Both the position numbers and the translations under genes were made by a program. From Nemertoderma westbladi (taxonomy: Eukaryota > Animalia > Xenacoelomorpha), in the NCBI GenBank assembly GCA_032718475.1, contig JAUCBJ010005409.1, positions 1-43,224 of the forward strand: DNA of 43,224 nt. Reading direction: 5' to 3'. Shown in pieces: positions 12,825-22,005 of the stretch; within the stretch, counting starts at the first letter, position 1, and the number at the start of each line of letters is the position of its first letter. Under the pieces are notes generated by a model, which had not been told where the DNA came from, searched no databases, and was given only the letters and a program-made list of their open reading frames with translations.

Positions 12825-13843
12825 CTCGAACTGACACTACTCCACCCAACACGAACTGACACTACTCCACCCAACACGAACTGACACTACTCCACCCAAC
12901 ACGAACTGACACTACTCCACCCAGCAGGAACTGACACTACTCCACCCAGAAGGAACTGACACTATTTCGCGTAGCACGAACTGACACTACTCCACCCAAC
13001 ACGAACTGACACTACTCCACCCAACACAAACTGACACTACTCCACCCAGCACGAACTGACACTATTCCGCCCAGCACGAACTGACACTATTCCGCCCAAC
13101 ACGAACTGACACTACTCCACCCAACACGAACTGACACAACTCCACCCAACACAAACTGACACTACTCTACCCAGCACGAACTGACACTATTCCGCCCAGC
13201 ACGAACTGACACTATTCCGCCCAATACGAACTGACACTACTCCACCCAACACGAACTGACACTACTCCACCCAACACAAACTGACACTACTCCACCCAGC
13301 ACGAACTGACACTATTCCGCCCAGCACGAACTGACACTATTCCGCCCAACACGAACTGACACTACTCCACCCAACACGAACTGACACTACTCCACCCAAC
13401 ACAAACTGACACTACTCCACCCAGCACGAACTGACACTATTCCGCCCAGCACGAACTGACACTATTCCGCCCAATACGAACTGACACTACTCCACCCAAC
13501 ACGAACTGACACTACTCCTCCCAGCACGTACTGACACTACTCCATCCATCACGAACTGACACTACTCCAACCAGCACGAACTGACTATATTCCGCCCAGC
13601 ACGAACTGACACTACTCCACCCAACAGGAACTGACACTACTCCACCCAGCACGAACTGACACTACTCCAACCAGCACGAACTGACACTAATCCGCCTAGC
13701 ACGAACTGACACTACTCCACCAAACACAAACTGACACTATTCCGCCCAGCACGAACTGACACTACTCCACCCAACACGAACTGCCACTACTCCACCCAGC
13801 AGGAACTGACACTACTCCACCCAACACGAACTGACACTACTCC
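12824..13843 (+). repeat. 25-bp satellite, block 2 (~41 units)
   Basis: Same unit as block 1. Confidence 0.97.
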
Positions 13844-14301
13844 AGGTCAGGTCAGGTATTCTAGGTCATTGATCAAGAAAACTTGCCACCTCAATGCAGC
13901 ATAAAGGAGGTGCAATACCATGCTGTAGCTGCATAGACCCTCTTACTAGGGCAAATCTGGTCCTGTAACTAGGACGCCCTTCGTTCTGGGATAAGGACGC
14001 CCTTGGTCCTGGATTAAGGACCCATATACTTGGCTGCAGGGGTATATGGCCTGACCAGGCAGATGGTGATATACCAATGGCTGGTCAGGAGTAAGGTGTT
14101 CTCATGTCCACTATGAGAGCACTACACTGCGACCTGCACCTGGCAGCAAGAGTACAGGGCATGACACAGCAGATGAGCTGCAACAGCCAATGGTGGGTCA
14201 TGTGCGCCAGAGTAGATATGCGTGATGGGCCTCATATCTGACTCCATTGCGACACCCACCCTGTGGAATGGCAAACCAGTGTGTGGTATTTGCCCCGAGA
14301 G
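13844..14301 (-). mobile_element. ~450-bp structured short retroposon, full-length copy A
   Basis: Reverse complement of 14531-14980 (about 15 substitutions and one small indel by eye), with a (CCTGA)n tail and the same 5' start CTCTCGGGGC. Confidence 0.85.
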
Positions 14302-14336
14302 CTGACTCGGCAAAAAAGCACCCCCCAACCCCCACT

Positions 14337-14530
14337 ATGGATTACATTAGAAATGCGGAGGTCCAGCCACTAGAGGCCAGTGGAATTACCGGACACAATC
14401 GGCCTCACAGACGTCAGTTAACTCCTGACCGGCTGCCTGTCTCACCCCCTACTGGAGAGAGAGCAGCCAACAAATCTTTGAGTCCCTTTCCTGATGACCT
14501 TCCTGGCCCAAACCCTGGGTCACAAGGGAG
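14337..14530 (+). mobile_element. RTE-like LINE ORF, segment 1 (N-terminus)
   Basis: ATG 14337 MDYIRNAEVQ...PGSQG joins in frame to 14990.. once the TSD-flanked insertion is removed. Confidence 0.7.
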
Positions 14531-14980
14531 CTCTCTCGGGGCAAATACCACACCCTGGTTTGCCATTCCACAGGGTGGGTGTCGCAATGGAGTCAGATAT
14601 GAGGCCCATCACCCATATCTACTCTGGCGCACATGACCCACCATTGGCTGTTGCAGCTCATCTGCTGGGTCATGCCCTGTACCCTTGCTGCCAGGTGCAG
14701 GTCGCAGTGAAGTGCTCTCAGAGTGGACATGAGAACACTCTACTCCTGACCAGCCATTGGTAGATCACCATCTGCCTGGTCAGGCCATATAGCCCTGCAG
14801 CCAAATATATGGGTCCTTAATCCAGGACCAAGGGCGTCCTTATCCCAGAACGAAGGGGGTCCTAGTTACAGGACCAGATTTGCCCTAGTAAGAGGGTCTA
14901 TGTAGCTACAGGTGGCACCTCCTTTATGCTGCATGGAGGTGGCAAGTTTTCTTGATCAATGACCTAGAATACCTGACCTG
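14531..14980 (+). mobile_element. ~450-bp structured short retroposon, full-length copy B, with 9-bp TSD ACAAGGGAG
   Basis: TSD at 14522-14530 and 14981-14989, and a CCTGACCTG tail. It interrupts the LINE ORF. Confidence 0.88.
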
Positions 14981-14989
14981 ACAAGGGAG

Positions 14990-15567
14990 GCCAGATTGTG
15001 ATGGGGAGAGGGATTCTGGAGTTGGAGGCTACTCTCATGTTCCACCCCGACCAACAAAGCCATTAGTGAATCTGAGGCAAGTCACTAGACTAGCCTCAGT
15101 AAACACCCTAACACTCGGGTCCCCAATGCGACAAGGTGAGCTGACTGCCTTGGCAGATAAGCTTTCTCTTAGCGCAGTGGGTGTTCAAGAGCACCGAATG
15201 CAGACTGGACAGACTGATGAGGTTCTGATTAAGGACATGGGGGGCGGTTGGCAACTCGCCCTCGCATCAGCAGATGATAGTGGCAATGGTGGAATTGGTC
15301 TATTGATGAATCCAACTGCACATGCAGCATTGGACAAAATAGACCAAATCTCTAACCGCATCATCCGTTGCCACTTCTCATGTTCTGGAAGAATGGCTAA
15401 GAAGTTTCCTAAGGTGGTTCTGATTGTGTGCTACTCTCCAACTAGTGTTGCCCCTGTAGAGGAGGTGGAAAATTTCTACCACAATCTACACGCAGCTACT
15501 GATGGAGTGGATCAGCATGCATTCTTAACATTCCTGGGAGACTTTAATGCAAGTCTGCATCAATCAC
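14990..15567 (+). mobile_element. RTE-like LINE ORF, segment 2 (APE endonuclease, N-terminal half)
   Basis: RLASVNTLTL, VGVQEHR, GGIGLL, SNRIIR, IVCYSPT, FLGDFNA. Confidence 0.9.
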
Positions 15568-16133
15568 TGTTAGCTTATCCAATTCCGCTAACACAAACCC
15601 ATAGAGTGAGCCATAAAGCAATATTGGGAGCACGAGGTTGATTACCAATCAACCTCGTGTCAGCCCAGTAAACGGGGACAATAGGCCCCAAAGGAGACAC
15701 ACACAATAAGGGTCAGGGGTTACTCCCCTGACAAGAGAGAGAATAGCTGGGGTGAACGGGAAACACACCAGGGAAGGTGAAGGGGCGAGAAGTGGGATAT
15801 TAGCCAATGGGGGGGCAAGGCATCGATTAGGTAGTAATATGGCCAACCGTGCAGTATATTACCTGTTGGTGCTCCCCTATTCAGTCAGTTATCTCAGTCG
15901 GTCAGTACAGTCAGGTAGTACGGTGACAGTTAGGACCGTCACCGCCGTCATCACATTACCGGTACCAGTGCAGCAGTATTCAGTGCTATCTGCTATTGTA
16001 CCTATACACTATATGTTATCTCAATTTATATCCTTAACAACAACGTCAGAACAACAACTCTTTTCATCCACACGGCGGGGACGCGTACTTAACCAATACC
16101 GGATAAATCGGGATCCTCTCGGATCCCGTCACA
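15568..16133 (+). repeat. 5' LTR (566 bp)
   Basis: Starts TGTTAG after the TSD and ends GTCACA, matching the 3' terminus. Terminal hairpin CGGGATCC-TCTC-GGATCCCG at 16109-16128. Confidence 0.85.
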
Positions 16134-16142
16134 GTCCTAACT
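16134..16142 (+). promoter_or_regulatory. Non-tRNA primer-binding site candidate (GTCCTAACT), complementary to LTR 15928-15936
   Basis: Lies immediately after the LTR and has no TGG. It is the exact reverse complement of AGTTAGGAC in the LTR. Confidence 0.6.
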
Positions 16143-16188
16143 CTAGGCCTGCCGAACTGTAACTGCCAGACACAGACCAAAGACAAAG

Positions 16189-19100
16189 ATGAGTCGAGAG
16201 AAAGGAACGACATCGCCGCGGACCCCGGACGACGATCTAACGATCCGCGAGGCCACGGCGAGACGATACGAACCCACGACGCCGGTCGATGCTACGCCGA
16301 CCACGTCGACGCAGGTTGACGCTACGTCGATAACGAGCAACACGGCGAACCAAGATGTGGGGGGTCGTCTACCAGGAGAGACCGAGTCGAGGGAAGGAGA
16401 CGAGTCGGGAGGAGAAGAGAAAGACAAGTCGACGCGGAGCGAGGGTCGACGTACCGATGTCGCCGGTCCGCCACAGGCCGAGGGCGACGGACGGCCCACC
16501 GGAACGGCAACGGTGGAGCCGCCGGTACGACGTCGGACCCGGAGAGACAGAGGAGAGGTCGGCGACGAGGACGTCGGGGTTTCTGATCGACTTCGACGGG
16601 CCTACAACGCGACCCGGGAACTACTAAAGGAGGCCAAAGGAGGGGCGAAGATAGACGAGGTGAGACTGAGAAAGCGACTAGGTGAGTCGAACAGATACTT
16701 TGATCACCTAGTGTGTTCTGGACAGAGAGAACTAGCAGAGTTGAGGGCGTGGGGAGTTGCCTTCGGACTGTTTGAACTATGGGAATGTGGGGGTATGGAA
16801 CCTAGTGTAGTGTACATAGGGCCATACTTAGTCGATGCCCGGGGAGTAAAATTAGTGGGTTGGAAGAGACCTGAGGAGGGCGAATCCGAGGTTAACTCCG
16901 AGGATTCGGTCTCGTCGGTTGGAGGAAGTTCCGGGAGGCGGGGGAAAGTTAGTAGGACGGAGGGGCGACGGGAGTCCGTCGCAACCGATAAGTCTGCTAC
17001 ATCCTCCGCAAAAGAAAGAAGGGTGCGAGAGAGTGAACGCATGGCGTATAAATTAGAAATGGTTGCGACAGAGCAGAATGAGTTAGAGAGACGATTGAGA
17101 GAGGGAACCGCATTATCAGAGAAGGTAGGAGAGTTGGAGAGGGAGTGTAGAGAGAGGGCCGAGAAGTGTAGAGAGGGAGCCAAGGAGTGTAGAGAGCGAG
17201 AGATAGGAGTAGAGAGCGAGCCGGCGAGGCGGCTTGAGATGCTTGCGAGAGAGGCAGAGTTGGCCGAGCAGAATATGCGAGAGATGGGGATAGAGGGTGA
17301 GCGCAGGCGGGATGATTTGCGTGCTCAGCTAGGGAGGCTTGCGCAATATCAAGCCAAATTAGACCAGCGCCGACTAGAACTGGCGCGGTTGGAAATGTCA
17401 GAGAGTGAGCCCCCACTTACAAGCAGCGGGCGAGAGAACCAGAGCTGGTGTAGCCGTACGGGCGGGGGGGGTAATAATAGTACGTTAGAAGTAGATAATA
17501 TTAATAGTACCGTAGTAAATAACCCTAATCCCTTTATTACAGGAAATAATATTTTACCGGGTAGTAGTAATTTAAATTTAAATACAAATATTCTAAATAA
17601 TAATTTCAATTCAAACCCGCAAAATAATTCGAATAATAATTTAAGTTTAGAGAATAGTAGCCACCTAAGTAATTTAAATAATTTAAATAATAATTCCGTT
17701 TCGAATTCTAATAATTTAATTGATTTAACAAATAATAATGGGAATGGTGCTATTAATATGAGCGTGTCGGACGTACATAACCCAGCAGACGGGGGCCTGG
17801 TAGGCCACGTACTTAGTAGGCAGGAGGTGGCAGGGTTGAGCCAACCCGGCGGCGGCCTGGTAGGCCACGCAGTTAGTAGGCAGGAGGTAGCGGGGTTGAG
17901 CCAACCCGAAGTAGGCCTGATGGGCCACGCAGTAGTAGAGAGAGAGGCGGGGGTGAATAGACCCAGCCGTAGTAGAGACAGTGCGTCGACTAGAGAGGGG
18001 TGTAGAGACGAAGTAAGAGATATTGAAGTTAGATGTGGCGGGTGGGGGGGGGCTACGGGCGCCCCACCACATAAGACTAGTGGCGAGAGAGGGGGGGCAG
18101 AGAATGCCCCACAAGAGGGGTGTAGAAGTGTAGCAAGAGGTAGTGAAGTTAGAAGTGGCGGGTGGGGGGGGGCTACGGGCACCCCACCGCGAGAGATTAG
18201 TAGAGAGAGAGGGGGGGCAGAGAGTGTCCCACAGCCGTCAGCGGATAATGCGCGGGCCGAATCAGGTAAACCGCAACACCCGGCGACGGAGAGTAATAGG
18301 GGGATTGCGAGTATCCCCAGCGGCGTGCGATCGAGTAGAGAGAGGCAGGTTGACGTCGCGAGAGGGCAGACGAAGCGTCGAGCCCGATTAGAAGAGGGAA
18401 GAAGAAGAGTAGAGTTTAATCGGGAGGTCGACGAGAGACCTCACGAGCCGGAATACTACACAGAAAAGAGAAGAAGAGAAGATAGTAGAAGAAGTGTCGC
18501 CACGAACGATAGCAGTGCGAGGACGGATAACGGACCGTCGACAGTAGAGATGGAGTCAGGGAGCCGGTGGGGTCGAACTTCGGGAGATTGCCGTCGCCCC
18601 GGAGAAACGCACCGCACGCCAAGAGAGGGGTACAAGACGTACCAATACAGAGTCGAGAACAGGAGAGGGGATCGGAGAGAAGCTTCCCGACGGGATATAG
18701 CTGCCGATCGAGAGTGCAGTAGTCGCGGGGAGATTCGAGATTCGCGAAGAATAAACTTCGGTTCGGAAGGGCACATGCAGACTGCAGGACATACTGTAGG
18801 CCTTACTGCACATACTATTATAGGCCATGCTGGGAGAGATAGAGTAGGCGATGGGGTAGCGCGAACGACGGAATTAAACCCGGAAGTCGCGGAGTACATA
18901 CCGGTAGGTAGGCGAGAGGTAGGTGGTAGGCCTATATCGGTACAGCAGCATGACTATAATACACAGGGACATAACATATATCCAGGGGAGGGGGGAGTTA
19001 TTGGAGATAGACGTATGGGCCCCAATGTATTAACATCAACCCCAGTACCAAACATACCGGCTGGGGGGGGACAGGGTGACATTCCCCCATCACAATATCG

Positions 19101-19365
19101 ACAATATACCCCGATAGGAGCGAGAACATCGAACCCCTTGGACGAGAGCAGGTCATGCGGACAGTCACCACCACACGCGGCCGTACAGGGGACTGCTAGT
19201 CCACAATTAGTTGGTAGCAGGACCACACCGTGGCAGGGACAGAAAGAAAATAACACCGTAAATAAACACAATCCCAATATACCCAGTAGGCCGAGTCTAG
19301 ACAACCAAAACATTAAAACTCCCCTATTCAGTCAGTTATCTCAGTCGGTCAGTACAGTCAGGTAG
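16189..19365 (+). CDS. 1058-aa low-complexity/coiled-coil ORF in the Gag position, truncated and reading into the 3' LTR
   Basis: Starts 55 bp after the 5' LTR. Has an E/R coiled-coil, an Asn-rich island and 20-aa and 40-aa repeats. The last ~15 codons are LTR-derived. No CCHC, PR, RT or IN motifs. Confidence 0.65.
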   Translation: MSREKGTTSPRTPDDDLTIREATARRYEPTTPVDATPTTSTQVDATSITSNTANQDVGGRLPGETESREGDESGGEEKDKSTRSEGRRTDVAGPPQAEGDGRPTGTATVEPPVRRRTRRDRGEVGDEDVGVSDRLRRAYNATRELLKEAKGGAKIDEVRLRKRLGESNRYFDHLVCSGQRELAELRAWGVAFGLFELWECGGMEPSVVYIGPYLVDARGVKLVGWKRPEEGESEVNSEDSVSSVGGSSGRRGKVSRTEGRRESVATDKSATSSAKERRVRESERMAYKLEMVATEQNELERRLREGTALSEKVGELERECRERAEKCREGAKECREREIGVESEPARRLEMLAREAELAEQNMREMGIEGERRRDDLRAQLGRLAQYQAKLDQRRLELARLEMSESEPPLTSSGRENQSWCSRTGGGGNNSTLEVDNINSTVVNNPNPFITGNNILPGSSNLNLNTNILNNNFNSNPQNNSNNNLSLENSSHLSNLNNLNNNSVSNSNNLIDLTNNNGNGAINMSVSDVHNPADGGLVGHVLSRQEVAGLSQPGGGLVGHAVSRQEVAGLSQPEVGLMGHAVVEREAGVNRPSRSRDSASTREGCRDEVRDIEVRCGGWGGATGAPPHKTSGERGGAENAPQEGCRSVARGSEVRSGGWGGATGTPPREISRERGGAESVPQPSADNARAESGKPQHPATESNRGIASIPSGVRSSRERQVDVARGQTKRRARLEEGRRRVEFNREVDERPHEPEYYTEKRRREDSRRSVATNDSSARTDNGPSTVEMESGSRWGRTSGDCRRPGETHRTPREGYKTYQYRVENRRGDRREASRRDIAADRECSSRGEIRDSRRINFGSEGHMQTAGHTVGLTAHTIIGHAGRDRVGDGVARTTELNPEVAEYIPVGRREVGGRPISVQQHDYNTQGHNIYPGEGGVIGDRRMGPNVLTSTPVPNIPAGGGQGDIPPSQYRQYTPIGARTSNPLDESRSCGQSPPHAAVQGTASPQLVGSRTTPWQGQKENNTVNKHNPNIPSRPSLDNQNIKTPLFSQLSQSVSTVR

Positions 19366-19580
19366 TACGGTGACAGTTAGGACCGTCACCGCCGTCATCA
19401 CATTACCGGTACCAGTGCAGCAGTATTCAGTGCTATCTGCTATTGTACCTATACACTATATGTTATCTCAATTTATATCCTTAACAACAACGTCAGAACA
19501 ACAACTCTTTTCATCCACACGGCGGGGACGCGTACTTAACCAATACCGGATAAACCGGGATCCTCTCGGATCCCGTCACA
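19319..19580 (+). repeat. Truncated 3' LTR (lacks the first 304 bp)
   Basis: Copy of 15872-16133. Confidence 0.9.
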
Positions 19581-19585
19581 ATCAC

Positions 19586-20607
19586 CTACATCGCCCTGGG
19601 TCTATAGCAATAGTGTTAACCGAAATTCTGTCCATCTTCAGGATTTTATCTCTAGAAATGGATTGTTTTCGGCTGGAACCCAGTTCAAGAAGCGAACTGG
19701 AAACTCTGGACTATGGACTCATAGTGGACCCAGTGGTCACAAGTCCCAGATAGACCGTATTCTGTTTCGTAGGAAATACAGGAGCTCTATACAAGACTGT
19801 AATGCATTTACACTTCGACCCTTCTCCAGTGATCACCGCCTTATTGTGGCCAAGGTAAGACTTAGTCTGCGTTCTAGCAGAACAACGAAATCTGCCTTGC
19901 CGCGGCATGACTGGTCCTCTCTGTTGCAACAGCCAAGTGTGAGATCCAGCTTCACACTACAGCTGAGCTACATGTATGAGGCTCTTGCCTCTGAGGCGGC
20001 AGATCACTGTGAGGGCTATACTGCCTTTATAGAAGCAGTTAAGTTAGCAGCTGCAGAAACAGTTCCTGTATACCCTCAAATCAGGAAAAGGGCCCCCTGG
20101 ACTGACAACAAAATTCAGAAGTGCCGAAATGACCTTCATAAGGCTCAGAAAGAGTCCCGACTCAAACAGACTACAGCGGCCAAGAATGCAGTTAAGGCTG
20201 CATCTAGGTCCCTGAACAGGCTGTACTCTGTTAGTCTACAGGAGCTAATAAACCAACAGGTTGATGCCATCAATGATGCTGACGACAGCAGGCAATCATC
20301 CCAGGCATGGAAATCGATCAATTTGCTTACTGGGCGGAAAAGCCAACCAACCACCAAGGTTAAGGCTGAATCACCAGCCGATCGCCTCAATGGTTGGAAA
20401 GCCCACTTTGAAAGGCTCCTCAATAATGACAGGGTATTGCCTGATAACTTTATAGAAGTAAAAGTGTCTGAGTCTGTACTCCCAGATATTCCCATTGGCG
20501 ATATCTCCTTTGCAGAAGTGAAGGCTGCTGCAAAGAGCTTTAAGACCAATCGTGCCAGTGGAGTTGGTGGTGTTCCCCCTGAGGTCTTTAAAATACCTGA
20601 GTATTAC
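19586..20607 (+). mobile_element. RTE-like LINE ORF, segment 3 (endonuclease C-terminal half, linker, start of RT); 3'-truncated
   Basis: LWTH, SQIDRIL, SSDHRLI, AWKSINLL, WKAHFERLLN and RASGVGGVPPEVFK (KAPGPDGIP-like). The RT core is absent. Confidence 0.9.
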
Positions 20608-21187
20608 AAGCAATTTTATCTATTGAATGGATTTTCAAAATTTCGTGCTAGCACCAAAATTTGCACACAGCACCGAAAAATACAAGTTTGATACGCTTGG
20701 TGCAACTGGTATATATTTCATCGAAACCAGAACCCCAAAAAACCCCAATTGCGTAAAAAACAAGTTTCAAACAATCAATTTACAAAATTGACATTTCAAA
20801 ATTTGGTGCTGGCACCAAAATTTGGCACCCGCTGAAAAAAACAAGTTTCAAATTTCTAAATCAATTTATATGAATTCCATCCAATTGCTAACACCAAAAA
20901 AACCGGTATAAATCAAAAATAGAGATGTTACATTTAATATTTAATGAAATGTAATTTTCAAAAAACGTCTCAAAAAAAGTGCCAAAAGTAGGGTTAAAAA
21001 ATGGTGCTATAACTCGAACACTACCCAATATTTTTGAAAACGGTTTTCACTACTAGGAAGACAATAGATGTTTAGGAAAAGTCATAAAATTTCAGATTCC
21101 CAACTGCGTTTGTTTCAGAATTATAATAAAAAAACCACGGGGGGGTCATATTGACCCCCCCCCCCCCCCCCCCCGGGTTTAATAGGG
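20608..21187. mobile_element. One end of a piggyBac-like (TTAA) non-autonomous DNA element
   Basis: Ends ...GGGGGTCATATTGACCCCC...GGGTTTAATAGGG|TTAA, with internal repeats TTTCAAAATTT.GTGCT.GCACCAAAATTT. The other end is not seen and the left boundary is approximate. Confidence 0.55.
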
Positions 21188-22005
21188 TTAAGGCATGGTG
21201 GCAAATAGGGGACTGGAATTAAATGTTGAAGGCATAATGCTATGGTATTTAGGCTGCGATTGTTACGTATTTTGACATTTTTAACTATTTTTTTCTACTT
21301 ATAACTATTATTTTATTTTAAAAATTAGGAGTATTGAAGACATTCATAATACAAATAATAGCAATTACTACAATATCTGTAAAATCTTACACAAAGCATA
21401 CAATGACATCATTTGCATTATAGCTATGATCCTCGAAAATGGAAAATACTGCGTTCCGACCTATGCGACGTAACACTGCAAACTGGAAGTTTTCAGCGAT
21501 ACAATAATGACACCAGAGCGCTGATAAGTTTCAATACTTATTGTAACAAACAGTACAATTTTTTCTTAAGAAACAAGAGCTTGTAAATTGAATCAATGCT
21601 AAGGTCCGCCAATGCTCTATCCAGGTCCATATAGTAGAAACTAAATCATCGATGTGGTATTCATATTTTATCGTTATGTTGTTATATATACTCTGACTTC
21701 TTATGTTCGTTGCAATTGGAATGGTGCCAAGAACGTAAAGATATCATTACAACGGGATATTGGTAGTTGTACAGTTGGCGATAGGGCGTGCTAGTCACGG
21801 AAAACTTGACATAGATAAATTTTTGTAGATGGTACATGTTTTTCCAAGCATTTCCTAAATGGCGTAAATGCAATTACTCTGTGAAATCGTTTTTTTTTTT
21901 CAGATCTTAACTTTCGATATAATGAATGGTGTTTTGCCATGCCGGGGCTACATGAAATTTTGTTTTAATTCAGTTGAGGGGAGAAAAAAACAAATTATAG
22001 CTGTC

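Larger units (their letters stand above)
15568..19580 (+). mobile_element. Internally deleted LTR retrotransposon (TGT...ACA) with 5-bp TSD ATCAC, inserted in the LINE
   Basis: TSD at 15563-15567 and 19581-19585. The direct repeat 15872-16133 = 19319-19580 (262 bp, one mismatch seen). The LINE frame HQS|PTSPW is restored on removal. Confidence 0.9.

Noticed and set aside
9103-13843. CRISPR array or telomeric repeat
   Set aside because: Head-to-tail 25-bp units without unique spacers, no cas genes, eukaryotic context and an interstitial position.
14405-14530. Hammerhead (CTGATGA at 14491) or twister (TAACTCC...GCCCAAACCC) ribozyme at the RTE 5' end
   Set aside because: No GAAA partner and no GAGGG 3' strand, and the segment lies within the reconstructed coding frame.
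13844-14981. Twin-priming 5' inversion of the LINE, or TIRs of a DNA transposon
   Set aside because: The plus copy has its own 9-bp TSD and tail and interrupts the LINE frame, so the inverted repeat is two retroposon copies.
16143-19313. Multiple antisense ORFs within the LTR element
   Set aside because: Shadows of the GC/purine-rich plus-strand ORF with no recognisable motifs.
15568-19580. DIRS/Ngaro split-direct-repeat element
   Set aside because: TG...CA ends and a 5-bp TSD indicate DDE integrase insertion. No tyrosine recombinase is present.
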